Notes: generated by a model from the sequence alone, not told the origin. A stretch of 64,000 nt of DNA from Glaciecola sp. HTCC2999 (GCA_949498985.1 CATECQ010000008.1:11586-75585), one strand, 5' to 3'; positions 26,732 through 39,174 are shown, numbered from the stretch's first letter. Numbers and translations are program-made.

Positions 26732-27954
26732 TGTTAGATACAACCAACATGTTAGCTTCAACAAAACGCGGGCTCTTATCTATTGGCGCATGTATCTGGT
26801 TGGCTGGTTGCGGCAGTGATGTAGAAAGCCAAATTCCAATCTATCAAGTCACCCAAACAACCTTTGATATACGTATTGATGCAACAGGAGAAATTGAAGC
26901 TGCAGAATCCCAAAAAATAATTGCGCCAGGTCGACGACCCAAAATGCTTGCGTGGTTAGCCCAAGAGAACACGTACGTAAAAGCAGGAGAAGTCATTGCT
27001 CGATTTGATTCTGAACGGATCCTCAGAGATAAAAATGAAGAAGAGTTTGCTGTTTTAAAACTACAACAAGATATTGTTAACTCTGAAGCTTCTCAAAACC
27101 AAGAAAAACAATTTATCCAATCTGAGCAGGCATTCGTCGAAGAAGAGTTTTCTTTTGTCGATCGCTTTGCTATCGATGACCTGCGGATTTATTCTAAACT
27201 CGACATTATCGATACACTTCAAAATCGGGATTTTTTAGAAGCTAAAGATACTTTTTTAGATTGGAAAGAAGACAGTATTCTGGAGCAACATGATTCAGCC
27301 ATGTCGGTATTGGACATCAAAAAACAAGGGCATCAACGTAAATTAAAGCAATATGTATCGGCATTAAATCAACTCGAAGTTCGCGCGCCCTATTCCGGCC
27401 TACTTGTTTATGTTAAAGATCGACGTGGTGAAAAACCAGCTATAGGTAACACCGTATTCCCTGGACGTGCATTAGCTGAAATTCCTAATTTAGATAATCT
27501 TCAAGCCAAACTCTATGTACTGGCAAACGATGCGATTGAATTAGACAAACAACAGCGTGTCGAATTAACGTTAGATGCTTTCCCTGATAAAACCTTTACG
27601 GGGATTGTCGCTAGCGTATCAGCATTTCCACGTGAAATCAGACGTGGAAATCCAATTAAATATTATGAATTAACAGCGTCGATAAATGAGCAAAATAAAG
27701 ATATTCTCAAACCAGGTCGCAAGCTTACCGCAACGATTAACGTGACCCAACCAGCAGAGACCCTAGCGGTGCCCTTACAATCGATTACCTATGAACAAGA
27801 ACAAAGCTATGTCTACTTACAACGAGGTTCAAACTTCATTAAACACCCAGTAACGACAGGCCGTAAAAATTTGTATTTCATCGAAATCACCTCAGGGTTA
27901 ACTATCGGTGACCAGATCGCGCTCAGCGCCATTACTACTGGAGATAGTGTATGA
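26728..27954 (+). CDS. Periplasmic adaptor (MacA-like) 3, lipoprotein-like
   Basis: LAGC, VKAGEVIARFD, VRAPYSG, LKPG, LAVP, EITSGL..GD membrane-proximal domain. Confidence 0.85.
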   Translation: MMLDTTNMLASTKRGLLSIGACIWLAGCGSDVESQIPIYQVTQTTFDIRIDATGEIEAAESQKIIAPGRRPKMLAWLAQENTYVKAGEVIARFDSERILRDKNEEEFAVLKLQQDIVNSEASQNQEKQFIQSEQAFVEEEFSFVDRFAIDDLRIYSKLDIIDTLQNRDFLEAKDTFLDWKEDSILEQHDSAMSVLDIKKQGHQRKLKQYVSALNQLEVRAPYSGLLVYVKDRRGEKPAIGNTVFPGRALAEIPNLDNLQAKLYVLANDAIELDKQQRVELTLDAFPDKTFTGIVASVSAFPREIRRGNPIKYYELTASINEQNKDILKPGRKLTATINVTQPAETLAVPLQSITYEQEQSYVYLQRGSNFIKHPVTTGRKNLYFIEITSGLTIGDQIALSAITTGDSV

Positions 27955-29210
27955 AACCGACTCTAGCTCGCCAACAAATGGGTGTATTGATCAAAGATGC
28001 ACTGTATGAACTGTCCTCGCAAAAATTACGCACATTCTTGACGCTACTGGGGATGATATTTGGTGTCGGTGCTGTCATCGCAATGCTGAATATTGGTGAA
28101 GGTGCGGAACGAGAAGCGCTTAAGATGATTGATTCAATGGGTGTGAATAACATCATCATTGATCAACGCCAATATACAAAAGACGAACTGGTAGAAATCC
28201 GCGAAGATACATTGGGTCTAACGCAGGGAGATGTTCATGCCGCAGTTAATACTCTACCTTTCGTAGAAGATTACAGCGCATCCAAAATTATTAAAACGTT
28301 TGATATATATTCTGATTTTGCCAAATCTGATGCTGAAGTATTAGGTGTCTCGAGCAGTTATTTTGAACATGCCAATCTCTCGCTCAATCAAGGCCAATTT
28401 TTAACTCCCGATCATGATGCGGCATTGGCTCAAGTTGCCGTTATTGGCGCAGATACGGCTGCTGAATTATTTCCCGATCAAACTCAAATTGTCGGACAAG
28501 TAGTGAAAATCAACCACCTTTGGCTCACTGTTATCGGCGTATTAAATGCACCACCTGGAAATAAAAATGAATTTCAGGGAGTTAAAATTGGTGGAGACCG
28601 CTATCGTATTTTTGTCCCACTGACAACGTCACTGAAAAAGTTTGCTCATGATATGCTTGCTAGTGAGTTAGATAGTATTAAACTCAAAATTCGTGAAGGT
28701 CAGAATCCGGTTATCGCCGCCAAAGCAGTCAATCATTTAATGCAAATGCGCCATAATAATATTCAAGATTATGATGTGATTATCCCGGCAGAGCTGCTTG
28801 CCCAACAAAAACAAACCCAACAAATTTTCAATATTGTAATGGCTTGCGTGGCAGGAATCTCCTTGTTAGTCGGGGGTATTGGGATCATGAACATTATGCT
28901 CGCCAATGTCATGGAACGGACTACTGAAATCGGTTTATTACGCGCCGTAGGCGCTACACAACAAGACATCCGGTTACAGTTTTTAGCAGAAAGTTTCACT
29001 ATTTCTGTGCTCGGTGGGATATTAGGGATTGTTTTTGGCTTAGCTTTATCAGAAATAATAGGGTTTTACAGTGATTGGGCTGTCAGCTGGTCGTTAACGG
29101 CGATTTTATTATCTTTGAGTATTTGTTTACTCGTTGGCGTGGGCTTTGGAGTATTCCCTGCAATCAAAGCATCAAAACTCAATCCCATTGAAGCTTTGCA
29201 TAGTGATTAA
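27951..29210 (+). CDS. MacB-type ABC permease
   Basis: RTFLTLLGMIFGVGAVIAM, ISLLVGGIGIMNIMLANVMERTTEIG, PAIKASKLNPIEAL. Confidence 0.9.
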   Translation: MKPTLARQQMGVLIKDALYELSSQKLRTFLTLLGMIFGVGAVIAMLNIGEGAEREALKMIDSMGVNNIIIDQRQYTKDELVEIREDTLGLTQGDVHAAVNTLPFVEDYSASKIIKTFDIYSDFAKSDAEVLGVSSSYFEHANLSLNQGQFLTPDHDAALAQVAVIGADTAAELFPDQTQIVGQVVKINHLWLTVIGVLNAPPGNKNEFQGVKIGGDRYRIFVPLTTSLKKFAHDMLASELDSIKLKIREGQNPVIAAKAVNHLMQMRHNNIQDYDVIIPAELLAQQKQTQQIFNIVMACVAGISLLVGGIGIMNIMLANVMERTTEIGLLRAVGATQQDIRLQFLAESFTISVLGGILGIVFGLALSEIIGFYSDWAVSWSLTAILLSLSICLLVGVGFGVFPAIKASKLNPIEALHSD

Positions 29211-30097
29211 TTACCATTGGGTTCGGCGTATAAAGTAGAGGTTAATGGCACCAAATCGGGCGCTTGGTCAAACCAATGTAAGAAAATATCTGCTGTGATC
29301 TTTTGTTGAATACTATCTTTTTGCTCCGCCGGGCAAAATAGTGACACACAGATTTCATATTTTCCAAATTGATTGGTTTCTACCGAAATATCCGGTTCAA
29401 TTTCTATAAATTCAGTATCGAGTTGGCGTTCAATCAAACCTTTATAGCGTTCTGCAACATCTCTAAAATCATCACAATAATGGCGCGCACGATCTAATAG
29501 CTGAGGTAATATTTCATAAGGGTTTGAATGAGGCTCTAAGGTCACTTTGAATTGATGAATAGCGTAACGTTTAAGAAAGTTGAGGTTGATTACGGTTTTG
29601 GTGACAATCAAACTATTCGGTATATACAAGTGACGGCCGGTATAATCCATTGAATGTTCATCGATTTCTAACACTGTCACTTTGGCCCAATCTAACTCTA
29701 CGACCTCACCGCTGACATGGTTTAATTGGACCCAATCTCCCACCCGAAATGGACGGGCAGAAATGGCATATAAATAACCTAAGAAACATTGAATAAACTC
29801 ACGCGTCGCCAATACTATCGCCACCATAAACGCGGCAATGGAAAACGCCAGACTTTGCAACTCACTTGACCACAGTGAGATCAAAAATACTAACAAAAGC
29901 AGATTAACGATGTTTTTAAACGAATTGACGACAACACGCTTATTGGCCCCGCGTCGATATCGGCGGCGCAAGACACTGACTAAAGCTTGTTTAACCATTA
30001 ACACAACGGCTAATAGCATCAGTGATGCTAGCAATTTGAATTCATTTATGAATCCAATAATATTAATGAATGAGGCGTGGTTTAACAGTTCATTCAT
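29207..30097 (-). CDS. MscS-family mechanosensitive channel
   Basis: Three TM segments then RPFRVGDWV, IPNS. Confidence 0.85.
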   Translation of the reverse strand: MNELLNHASFINIIGFINEFKLLASLMLLAVVLMVKQALVSVLRRRYRRGANKRVVVNSFKNIVNLLLLVFLISLWSSELQSLAFSIAAFMVAIVLATREFIQCFLGYLYAISARPFRVGDWVQLNHVSGEVVELDWAKVTVLEIDEHSMDYTGRHLYIPNSLIVTKTVINLNFLKRYAIHQFKVTLEPHSNPYEILPQLLDRARHYCDDFRDVAERYKGLIERQLDTEFIEIEPDISVETNQFGKYEICVSLFCPAEQKDSIQQKITADIFLHWFDQAPDLVPLTSTLYAEPNGN

Positions 30098-30103
30098 GGT
30101 GCA

Positions 30104-30694
30104 CTAATTTTTCGTGTCTTGATTGATACGACTAGCGACAGCACCTGTTTGATCTTTGTATTTAGCGTCAACCCTTGCATTATAAGGCTTCTCGGCATGA
30201 TCAGATAACACTTCGAAACTCAATGCGCCAATTTTCATTTTAGGTCGTAGCGCCAAGGGCAACTTCCCTGAATTAAAAAATTCTAAGACAATATTCCCAG
30301 ACCAACCAGGGTCGATACGGTGCGCCGTGACATGTACCATTAAACCCAAGCGAGCTAAGGATGAACGTCCATCTAACCAACCGACAATATTTGACGGCAA
30401 AGTAACCGATTCATACGTAATAGCCAAGGCAAGTTCACCGGGATGAAGGAAGAATGCTTTATCATCATCAATGCAAATTTCATCACTCATGACCGAATCA
30501 AGCTGTGCTTGGACGTCGGATTTCTCACCGGATAAATCGATGTATGGTGCAGCATGATCCTGAAAGACTCGAAATTTATTCCCTAAGCGCATATCTACAG
30601 TGAGACCGCTAATTTCGCTATAATCAGGCATAGGATCAATGGCAATTTTACCTTGATTTAAAAATGTAAAAATATCTTTGTCACATAAGCGCAT
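30104..30694 (-). CDS. dcd: dCTP deaminase
   Basis: [33 protein letters not shown]. Confidence 0.95.
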   Translation of the reverse strand: MRLCDKDIFTFLNQGKIAIDPMPDYSEISGLTVDMRLGNKFRVFQDHAAPYIDLSGEKSDVQAQLDSVMSDEICIDDDKAFFLHPGELALAITYESVTLPSNIVGWLDGRSSLARLGLMVHVTAHRIDPGWSGNIVLEFFNSGKLPLALRPKMKIGALSFEVLSDHAEKPYNARVDAKYKDQTGAVASRINQDTKN

Positions 30695-30851
30695 GGACTT
30701 TCTCAAATTTATATTAGCTAGGTTGTATTATCTTACTAGCACGCAAAATACGCAAACTTTTATCCTGTAATCATGAGTTTATGAGTGCAAAAACACCCTA
30801 TTTACGCTACTATCTGACCACTTTTTATTAGAACAATATCTCGTATTCATT

Positions 30852-32909
30852 ATGTCACAAGCACCTCGTAAGATTTTAGTTACCAGCGCTCTGCCTTATG
30901 CGAATGGCTCGATACACTTAGGCCATCTTCTTGAGCACATCCAAACCAACATTTGGACCCGTTTCCAAAAAATGTGCGGTCACACGTGTTACAGCGTATG
31001 TGCGGATGATGCTCACGGAACTCCGGTGATGCTTAAAGCCCAAGAGCTGGGCATTACCCCAGAAGAAATGGTCACTCGAACCCGTGCTGAACATCATCAA
31101 GATTTGCTCGATTTTGACATTGATTATGATAACTACTATGTGACGCACTCAGATGAAAATAAACAACTTTCGGAACAGATTTATAATCGCTTAAACGCCG
31201 CCGGGTACATTTCAAAGAAAACGATTAATCAATTATACGATCCTGAAAAAGGCATGTTCTTACCGGATCGCTTTGTCAAAGGTGATTGCCCTAAGTGTGG
31301 TGCTGAAGATCAGAATGGCGATAGCTGTGATGTCTGCGCAGCAACCTACTCTCCCACAGAACTCAATAATCCGCGTTCAGTGGTCTCTGGGGCTGAACCG
31401 ATATTAAAAGACTCTGAACACTATTTCTTTGATCTTCCTAAATTTGAAGGCATGCTTAAAGAGTGGATCCAATCCGGTGCGATTCAACTGGAAATGGCTA
31501 ACAAACTCCAAGAATGGTTTGAGCAAGGGTTGCAACAGTGGGATATTTCTCGAGATGCCCCCTATTTTGGTTTTGAAATCCCTAATGCACCAGGTAAATA
31601 TTTCTATGTATGGGTCGACGCTCCTGTCGGTTACATGGCCAGCTTTATGAATTTCTGTGCTAATAACGACATCGATTTTGATGAATACTGGTCTGCTGAT
31701 TCTGATGCAGAGCTATATCATTTCATTGGGAAAGACATTATGTATTTCCATTGTCTATTTTGGCCTGCAATGCTTGAAGGTGCCAACTACCGTAAACCTA
31801 CAGGGGTGAATATCCACGGTTTTGTGACGGTGAATGGGGCTAAAATGTCTAAATCAAAAGGTACGTTCATCAAAGCGCGTACCTATTTAGAGCATTTAAA
31901 TCCAGAATATCTACGTTATTATTTTGCATCAAAACTCAATGATAGCGTTACAGACATTGATTTAAACTTTGAAGACTTCACCCAAAAAGTAAACTCTGAT
32001 TTAGTCGGTAAAGTGGTTAACATTGCAAGTCGTTGCGCCAGTTTTATTACAAAAAAATTCGACGGCAAACTCTCTGATACCATTATAGATGAAGCATTAC
32101 TAAGTGAATTCACACAAGCCAGTGATAGCATCGCTGCGCATTTTGAAAATCGTCAATATCACCATGCCATTCGTGAAATTATGGCGCTGGCCGATAAAGC
32201 TAACCAATTTATTGATACTCAAGCCCCTTGGGTCACCATCAAAGAACCAGACCAACAGCAACTGACTCATGATGTCTGCTCAATGGGTATTCATATGTTC
32301 CGGGTATTGAGCATCTATTTATCGCCAGTACTCCCTGATTTATCTCAAAAAGCACAAGCTTTTTTGAATGATGAATTTACGTGGAATTCAGCTCAAGCGA
32401 CCTTAACTGGCCATAATATCAATAAGTTTAAAGCGATGTTGCAACGCGTCGATGCGGATAAAGTCGCAGCGATGATTGATGCATCAAAAGAGCACTTAAG
32501 CGTCACCCAAGATATATCAAAGACCAAGCCGGCCACTAAAAAAGAAACATCACCAGCACCTAAAAACGATGATGAGCTTGCTCCTACTATTAGTTTTGAT
32601 GAATTTGCAAAAGTCGATTTACGCATAGCCAAAATTATCCGTGCTGATCATGTAGAAGGTGCCGATAAGCTATTATGTTTACAGTTAGACATTGGCACTG
32701 AGACTAAACAAGTGTTCGCTGGCATTAAATCAGCTTATACCCCGGAAGAGTTAGTCGGCAAACATACTGTTATGGTGGCTAACTTAGCGCCACGTAAAAT
32801 GCGTTTTGGTATGTCACAAGGCATGGTGTTAGCCGCAGGCCCTGGAGGCGATGAGTTATACATTTTAGAACCGCACGCCGGAGCTCAGCCGGGTATGCGC
32901 GTTAAATAA
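30852..32909 (+). CDS. metG: Methionine--tRNA ligase
   Basis: ALPYANG.IHLGH, KMSKS, C-terminal tRNA-binding domain. Confidence 0.97.
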   Translation: MSQAPRKILVTSALPYANGSIHLGHLLEHIQTNIWTRFQKMCGHTCYSVCADDAHGTPVMLKAQELGITPEEMVTRTRAEHHQDLLDFDIDYDNYYVTHSDENKQLSEQIYNRLNAAGYISKKTINQLYDPEKGMFLPDRFVKGDCPKCGAEDQNGDSCDVCAATYSPTELNNPRSVVSGAEPILKDSEHYFFDLPKFEGMLKEWIQSGAIQLEMANKLQEWFEQGLQQWDISRDAPYFGFEIPNAPGKYFYVWVDAPVGYMASFMNFCANNDIDFDEYWSADSDAELYHFIGKDIMYFHCLFWPAMLEGANYRKPTGVNIHGFVTVNGAKMSKSKGTFIKARTYLEHLNPEYLRYYFASKLNDSVTDIDLNFEDFTQKVNSDLVGKVVNIASRCASFITKKFDGKLSDTIIDEALLSEFTQASDSIAAHFENRQYHHAIREIMALADKANQFIDTQAPWVTIKEPDQQQLTHDVCSMGIHMFRVLSIYLSPVLPDLSQKAQAFLNDEFTWNSAQATLTGHNINKFKAMLQRVDADKVAAMIDASKEHLSVTQDISKTKPATKKETSPAPKNDDELAPTISFDEFAKVDLRIAKIIRADHVEGADKLLCLQLDIGTETKQVFAGIKSAYTPEELVGKHTVMVANLAPRKMRFGMSQGMVLAAGPGGDELYILEPHAGAQPGMRVK

Positions 32910-32925
32910 ATCTCAGTGTTTTTTA

Positions 32926-33699
32926 TTATTTCACCCGAAGACTCGGTTGTGCTGATTGCAACCGAGGCTTGACCCTAGCAAATTTAGGCTTGATCACCGA
33001 CATCGGTATTTCATGTTTTTGGGCGACAATAAAATACATACTTTGTAAAGGTGCCAATCTGTTGGGCCGACTTAATTGAGTTATTTTCTTTGGCTGACTA
33101 AAGATATTTGCTGGACCAAAAAAACATCTAAATTTGATACTAAACCCGAGTACATTGAGCCATTCTTTAACCCGATAATAGCTAAAGAAACGTGCTTTTT
33201 TAAAAGGGTGCGAGGCATAAAAAGGTAAATGACGATACACGCCTGAAATACTCATCGGATTAAAGCCCGTTAAAATAATATGACCATCACTGCGTGTTAC
33301 CCGCTCGATTTCTCGTAATAACTGATGTGGATCATGGGTAAAATCCAACCCATTAATGAGACATACGGTATCAATACTCCCTTGAGCAAAGGGTAATTCT
33401 ACCATTTTGCCATAGACAGCTTGATGACGCGGAGCATGAATCGGACAGACCGTATCAGCAAGTGCATCGATTTGCGCATGATTAACATGCAGGTTAATGG
33501 TTTTACGTAAACGGTTATCTTGTGACCCAGCCAATAAGCTTAGCTCACCTAGATTCAGCTGTACATCACCGTAAATAGTATCGCAATGCTGTTTAAGCAA
33601 GGTATTAATATGCGCAGTAATGACTTCATGTTGAGGACATATTTGCCAATCCTCTGGATATTCACAGAGAGTATGACTAAATGCCTGACCAATAAACAT
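32926..33699 (-). CDS. yafS: SAM-dependent methyltransferase (YafS-like)
   Basis: LPF..GSID, LDF..DPHQLLRE..RV, GFNP.S; divergent from gloB. Confidence 0.75.
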   Translation of the reverse strand: MFIGQAFSHTLCEYPEDWQICPQHEVITAHINTLLKQHCDTIYGDVQLNLGELSLLAGSQDNRLRKTINLHVNHAQIDALADTVCPIHAPRHQAVYGKMVELPFAQGSIDTVCLINGLDFTHDPHQLLREIERVTRSDGHIILTGFNPMSISGVYRHLPFYASHPFKKARFFSYYRVKEWLNVLGFSIKFRCFFGPANIFSQPKKITQLSRPNRLAPLQSMYFIVAQKHEIPMSVIKPKFARVKPRLQSAQPSLRVK

Positions 33700-33843
33700 A
33701 ACCTACCGATCCCTAAAAATTAACGTGTTTATATCTCATCAGCAAACCTATCATTATCTTGATGTCTTGTCATAATCTAATTAATATAGATATTGAAAAT
33801 TGACTTACATAAATGCTGAGTTTAGCGTTTTAATGGATAACCT

Positions 33844-34608
33844 TTGAAAATAATCCCGATAAAAGCATTTACTGATAATTACATTTGGGCAATTTGTGGA
33901 GAAGATCATTGCGTGGTAGTGGACCCGGGCGATGCAGCCCCAGTCATCGAATTTTTAAATGAACATCAATTAACTTTATCAGCGGTTCTCATTACGCATC
34001 ATCATCCCGACCATACTGGTGGTATAAAAACTCTCAGTGATACCTTCCCAGATTTATCGGTGTTTGGTCCTCATAACCCTAAAATCAGAGGGATTACTGA
34101 TTCACTGCAACATCAAGAAAGATGCTTCATCAATGACTTGTCTTTACAGTTTACGGTTATGGCCGCACCAGGGCACACGCTAGATCATATTATGTATTAC
34201 ACTGAAGGATTATTGTTCTGCGGTGATACCTTATTTTCTGCTGGTTGTGGGCGTCTATTTGAAGGCACACCTGAGCAAATGACCGCGACTCTCAACAGTA
34301 TCACCGCACTACCTGCCGATACTATGATTTATTGCACGCACGAATATACCCTAGCCAATATTGAATTTGCCTTGGCGGTTGAGCCGCAGAATCCCTCTCT
34401 TTTAGAATACAAAGACTGGGTGACACACCAGCGCAATAATGATAAGCCTAGTTTACCAACGTCTCTACAAACACAATTACACATCAATCCGTTTTTACGG
34501 TTACATCAAAGTGATGTTAAAGGTTATGCCGAAACGCTGACAAAAAGTACGCTAACTCAGTCGGTGGAAGTATTTGCAGCATTACGCTCAGCTAAAGATA
34601 GATTTTAG
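33844..34608 (+). CDS. gloB: Hydroxyacylglutathione hydrolase
   Basis: AFTDNYIW, THHHPDHTGG, GDTLFSAGCGR, HEYT. Confidence 0.95.
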   Translation: MKIIPIKAFTDNYIWAICGEDHCVVVDPGDAAPVIEFLNEHQLTLSAVLITHHHPDHTGGIKTLSDTFPDLSVFGPHNPKIRGITDSLQHQERCFINDLSLQFTVMAAPGHTLDHIMYYTEGLLFCGDTLFSAGCGRLFEGTPEQMTATLNSITALPADTMIYCTHEYTLANIEFALAVEPQNPSLLEYKDWVTHQRNNDKPSLPTSLQTQLHINPFLRLHQSDVKGYAETLTKSTLTQSVEVFAALRSAKDRF

Positions 34609-34665
34609 AAAAATCATCTAGCTTAATGTATAATTATTAAAATTTTTCCGATGTAGCAGCAATCA

Positions 34666-36255
34666 ATGCGAATTTTATTCATAATCATACCCTTAGTCAT
34701 CCTCAGCGGTTGTATGAGCACATATCAACCTGATACGTCCATGGTTGATAATAGTCATGATGAGCAATTAATACACCCTGTTGAAAATGTGACTGAATCC
34801 TTATCTAGTATCGATTTACCCGTAGAGCTTGTCGATAGTCAAAAGCCGGCAGATATTACCAATCTATGGGAATACATCGCATTGAACGCGACCACCTTAA
34901 ACGCACAGCATTCACGTATCTCTAAGCAACAACAGTGGTACCTCAAACATCCAAATTACATGAATAAAGTCTCTGAGCGGGCCCGTCCCTTTATGCATTT
35001 TATTGTGCAGACGCTTGAAGAGAATAATCTACCCATTGAATTAGCATTATTACCGATTGTCGAAAGTGCATTTGACCCTTTTGCTTACTCGCATGGTAGT
35101 GCATCCGGACTATGGCAATTTATTCCGATGACCGGGAAACGCTTTGGGATGGAACAAAATTGGTGGTACGACGGACGTCGCGATGTCATTAAAGCTACCC
35201 ACGGCGCTGTTAAATACCTGACTTACCTAAATCGTTATTTTGATGGTAATTGGTATCATGCATTAGCAGCCTATAATTCTGGGGAAGGTCGTGTTAGACG
35301 AGCCATTAAAAAGAATGAACGCTTGGGACGTTCAACTGATTTTTGGTCACTCGATTTACCTAAAGAAACACGCGAATATGTCCCCAAGCTAATGGCGTTA
35401 ATCAATATTTTGAAACAAGAAGCCGCCCAAGACAATTTTACTTGGCCAATTATCGCCAATGCGCCCGTTTTAGATATTGTGACAGTCGATTCGCAAATTG
35501 ATTTAGCTATAGCAGCTGACTTTGCCGAATTAACCCTGACTGAATTACATGCCTTAAATCCAGGATTCAATCGCTGGGCAACCGCGCCTGACGGCCCGCA
35601 TCATTTATTATTACCCCTTCAAAAAGTCCCGTTATTCAAAGATAAATTAGCACAAACTCAAGCAAAAGAGCGTATTAACTGGTTACGCTACCAAGTGCAG
35701 CCTGGTGACAATCTAGGCGAAATTGCGCAAGCGCATTACACCAGTATAGATATCATTAAACAGGTCAATGAACTTAACGGAAATGTGATTTATCAAGGTG
35801 ATTATTTATTAGTGCCAGTGGCATTGAAATCATTGGATGAATACACCCTATCTAAAACTCAACGCTTAGCCTCGATTAAAGATAAACGTCAGCGTTCAAA
35901 TAAAGCGAAACTAACGCATATCATCCAATCAGGTGATTCACTCTGGAAATTAGCCAACACGTATAAAGTCAGTACACGTGCGTTAGCAAAGTGGAATGGC
36001 ATGGCGCCTAAAGATCCGATTTACCCAGGGCAACGGCTCATAGTTTGGCTGCCTAATGATAAACCTTCTGGTATCGTGAGAAATATCACTTACATTGTTA
36101 AAAGTGGTGACTCATTGGCGCGCATTGGACAAAAATTCAATATAAAAATCAACGATATCGTCAAGTGGAACCAACTCGATAAGCAACGTTATTTACAACC
36201 GGGTCAACGCTTACGATTAAGTGTGGATGTGACACGCATTACCAATGCGTCTTAA
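34666..36255 (+). CDS. mltD: Membrane-bound lytic murein transglycosylase D
   Basis: Lipobox LSGC, PIVES, GLWQF, AAYNSGEG, three LysM repeats. Confidence 0.93.
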   Translation: MRILFIIIPLVILSGCMSTYQPDTSMVDNSHDEQLIHPVENVTESLSSIDLPVELVDSQKPADITNLWEYIALNATTLNAQHSRISKQQQWYLKHPNYMNKVSERARPFMHFIVQTLEENNLPIELALLPIVESAFDPFAYSHGSASGLWQFIPMTGKRFGMEQNWWYDGRRDVIKATHGAVKYLTYLNRYFDGNWYHALAAYNSGEGRVRRAIKKNERLGRSTDFWSLDLPKETREYVPKLMALINILKQEAAQDNFTWPIIANAPVLDIVTVDSQIDLAIAADFAELTLTELHALNPGFNRWATAPDGPHHLLLPLQKVPLFKDKLAQTQAKERINWLRYQVQPGDNLGEIAQAHYTSIDIIKQVNELNGNVIYQGDYLLVPVALKSLDEYTLSKTQRLASIKDKRQRSNKAKLTHIIQSGDSLWKLANTYKVSTRALAKWNGMAPKDPIYPGQRLIVWLPNDKPSGIVRNITYIVKSGDSLARIGQKFNIKINDIVKWNQLDKQRYLQPGQRLRLSVDVTRITNAS

Positions 36256-36351
36256 TCCAACTGGTACAAAAAAGGGCCGTTCAATATGCCCTGTTCTATA
36301 GCCACGTGAAGTGCTTTAATTAATTCACCGTTGCTTTAACTGAGAATATTA

Positions 36352-37731
36352 TTAAGCTTTGCGCCACGTTGTCCCATTGGCGCTATCCTCAATAACAACT
36401 CCCATTGCCGTCAATGCCTCACGAGCAGCATCTGCGGTCCCCCAATCTTTGTCTACACGAGCTTGATTACGCTGTTCAATGAGTGCTTCAACAGCAGCCG
36501 CGTCAATATCACTATCGCTTTGTAGAAACTTCACAGGATCATCTTGTAAACAACCTAATATAGCACCTAAAGATACTAACACCTGAGCTAAACGAGACGC
36601 TTCAGCAGCATCAGTCGATTTAGCTTTATTTAAATCTTTAGCACAATCAAACAATACTGAAAATGCAATCGGGGTATTAAAATCATCATTCATAGCAGCT
36701 TCAAAACGAGTTAAATAGCCGCCATAACTTAATGGTGTGAGACTATCTGGCGTCACATCTCGCAGTGCGGTATATAAACGCTCAAGACCGGCTTGAGCTT
36801 GTTCAAGATTATCTTGGGAATAACTCAGCTGCGAACGATAATGTGCTGACATTAAAAAGAAGCGTAACGTTTCTTTATGATGTTGCGCTAAAACACTGCG
36901 TAAGGTGAAAAAATTCCCTAAAGATTTCGACATCTTTTCATTATCTACTTGCACCATACCGGTATGTATCCAAGTATTCACATACGGTGTATCAAACGCA
37001 CAGCAAGACTGAGCCACTTCGTTCTCATGATGGGGGAACGTTAAATCTGAACCGCCACCATGGATATCAAAGTGCTTTCCAAGGTGCTTATGATTCATCG
37101 CTGAACATTCAATATGCCAACCAGGTCGCCCTTCTCCCCAAGGAGAAGACCAACTAGGTTCATTAGCTTTGGCTTTTTTCCACAAAACAAAATCCATCGG
37201 ATCGGCTTTACCTTCCGCGACGGCTACTCGTGCACCAGATTGTAGCTGTTCTAGGTCTTGTTTACTTAACGCACCGTAGTCTTTAAACGTCGATACATCA
37301 AATAGTACATCACCAGAGCTTGCAATATATGCATGTCCTTTAGCGATTAGCGTTTCAATCACCTCAATAATCTCTGGCATATGCGTCGTTACACGTGGCT
37401 CAATATCAGGAGGTAACAAATTAAGCGCGGCGAAGTCTTCATGCATCATCGCTATGGTACGTTCAGTCAGATCAGAAAAGGATTCATTATTCTCAAGCGC
37501 GCGCTGGATGATCTTATCATCAACATCGGTAATATTACGGACATACTTCACGTCATATCCTAAATATCGCAGGTAACGTACCATCACATCAAAACTTAAA
37601 TACGTGCGCGCATGCCCCATATGCGATAAATCGTACACAGTGATACCACACACATATAGGCCCACTTTGTTTGGTTCCAGTGGTACAAATGGCGCTTTTT
37701 CTCGAGTCAACGTATTAAAAATATGTAACAT
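36352..37731 (-). CDS. cysS: Cysteine--tRNA ligase
   Basis: [31 protein letters not shown]. Confidence 0.97.
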   Translation of the reverse strand: MLHIFNTLTREKAPFVPLEPNKVGLYVCGITVYDLSHMGHARTYLSFDVMVRYLRYLGYDVKYVRNITDVDDKIIQRALENNESFSDLTERTIAMMHEDFAALNLLPPDIEPRVTTHMPEIIEVIETLIAKGHAYIASSGDVLFDVSTFKDYGALSKQDLEQLQSGARVAVAEGKADPMDFVLWKKAKANEPSWSSPWGEGRPGWHIECSAMNHKHLGKHFDIHGGGSDLTFPHHENEVAQSCCAFDTPYVNTWIHTGMVQVDNEKMSKSLGNFFTLRSVLAQHHKETLRFFLMSAHYRSQLSYSQDNLEQAQAGLERLYTALRDVTPDSLTPLSYGGYLTRFEAAMNDDFNTPIAFSVLFDCAKDLNKAKSTDAAEASRLAQVLVSLGAILGCLQDDPVKFLQSDSDIDAAAVEALIEQRNQARVDKDWGTADAAREALTAMGVVIEDSANGTTWRKA

Positions 37732-37890
37732 GTATGAGTCAATCCTGTATTCAATTATCGCAATGGTGATATCTATGACATCACTTCTTTATATTTGCAC
37801 AGTTTACCATTCAAGACCGGTAGAATCATCGTAATTATCAATAAAGTAGGCTAGAATACGCACACTTAAATTATTCAAAGGATGCTTTTT

Positions 37891-38391
37891 ATGTCTTCTA
37901 TTACGTTAAATACAAACCATGGTGCCATTACTATTAGCTTGAATAGTGAAAAAGCCCCTGAAACAGTCGCTAATTTTCTCAGCTATGCAAAAGACGGTTT
38001 TTTTGAAGGCACTATCTTTCACCGCGTGATCAAAGGTTTCATGATCCAAGGTGGCGGATTTACTGCCGATATGGAACAAAAAGACACCAAAGCACCGATT
38101 AAAAATGAAGCGAATAATGGGTTAGTCAATACCAAAGGGACGATTGCCATGGCACGTACCCAAGACCCGCACTCAGCGACTGCGCAATTTTTTATTAACG
38201 CGAAAGATAATGATTTTTTAAACCACAGCAGCGAATCTGTAAGCGGTTGGGGATACTGTGTATTTGGTGAAGTCACCGCCGGTATTGAAGTAGTAGAAGC
38301 GATTGAAACCGTCGCAACGGGCAACTCTGGTTTTCATGCCGATGTCCCTGTGGAGACGGTCATCATTGAATCAGTTGATATTAACGAATAA
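37891..38391 (+). CDS. ppiB: Cyclophilin-type peptidyl-prolyl isomerase B
   Basis: [31 protein letters not shown]. Confidence 0.94.
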   Translation: MSSITLNTNHGAITISLNSEKAPETVANFLSYAKDGFFEGTIFHRVIKGFMIQGGGFTADMEQKDTKAPIKNEANNGLVNTKGTIAMARTQDPHSATAQFFINAKDNDFLNHSSESVSGWGYCVFGEVTAGIEVVEAIETVATGNSGFHADVPVETVIIESVDINE

Positions 38392-38415
38392 TCGACCACT
38401 TCGGTATATTTGATT

Positions 38416-39174
38416 ATGGGTGCTTTCACCTATTTTATCTCTGATTTGCATCTGAGCGCAGAGCGAGAGGACATCACAAATTGTTTGATGACTTTCCTGC
38501 GCGAGGATGCCCCAAAAGCTGACGCATTGTATGTCTTAGGTGACTTATTTGAGGTATGGATCGGGGATGATGATATCAACCCTTTTACTCAAAAAATCGC
38601 ACTGGCATTTAAGCAACTCTCATTGACCACACCGGTTTATTTTATTCATGGTAATCGTGATTTTGTTCTCAAAGAGAAGTATGCGGCATTAGCCGGTATG
38701 ACATTATTACCAGAACAAACCGTCGTGTCACTTTATAACACACCGACTCTACTCTTACATGGCGATGAGTTATGTACTCGAGATGTCGAATACATGCGTT
38801 TTCGTAAAAAGTCACGTTCATGGTGGTGGCAAACTTTAATGCTATCCCTGCCCTTAAGTTGGCGTCGAAAGGTTGCCGGTAAAGGTCGTGATGTTTCTGC
38901 CCAAAACAAACAGCAGCTCACGATGGATATTATGGATATCACTCCTCAAGAGGTCGTGGCTACTTTTGAACGACATCAAGTATCTCGGATGATTCATGGT
39001 CATACTCATCGACCAGATATTCATATTCATCCGATCCATCTTCAGGACACACCTCCCAAGACTCATATTAATGCAACGCGCATTGTCTTGGGGGATTGGT
39101 ACTCACAAGGGAGTGTCTTAAAAGTAGATGCTCAACGATTTGAATTACAACAACGCAGTTTCGAAACGGTTTAA
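38416..39174 (+). CDS. lpxH: UDP-2,3-diacylglucosamine hydrolase
   Basis: FISDLHL, LGDLFE.WIGDD, GNRDF, HGHTHRP, LGDW. Confidence 0.95.
   Translation: MGAFTYFISDLHLSAEREDITNCLMTFLREDAPKADALYVLGDLFEVWIGDDDINPFTQKIALAFKQLSLTTPVYFIHGNRDFVLKEKYAALAGMTLLPEQTVVSLYNTPTLLLHGDELCTRDVEYMRFRKKSRSWWWQTLMLSLPLSWRRKVAGKGRDVSAQNKQQLTMDIMDITPQEVVATFERHQVSRMIHGHTHRPDIHIHPIHLQDTPPKTHINATRIVLGDWYSQGSVLKVDAQRFELQQRSFETV

Noticed and set aside
24705-28999. Several 60-120 aa antisense ORFs in the ABC operon and elsewhere in the backbone
   Set aside because: Mirror-frame ORFs opposite well-supported genes, with no motifs recognised.
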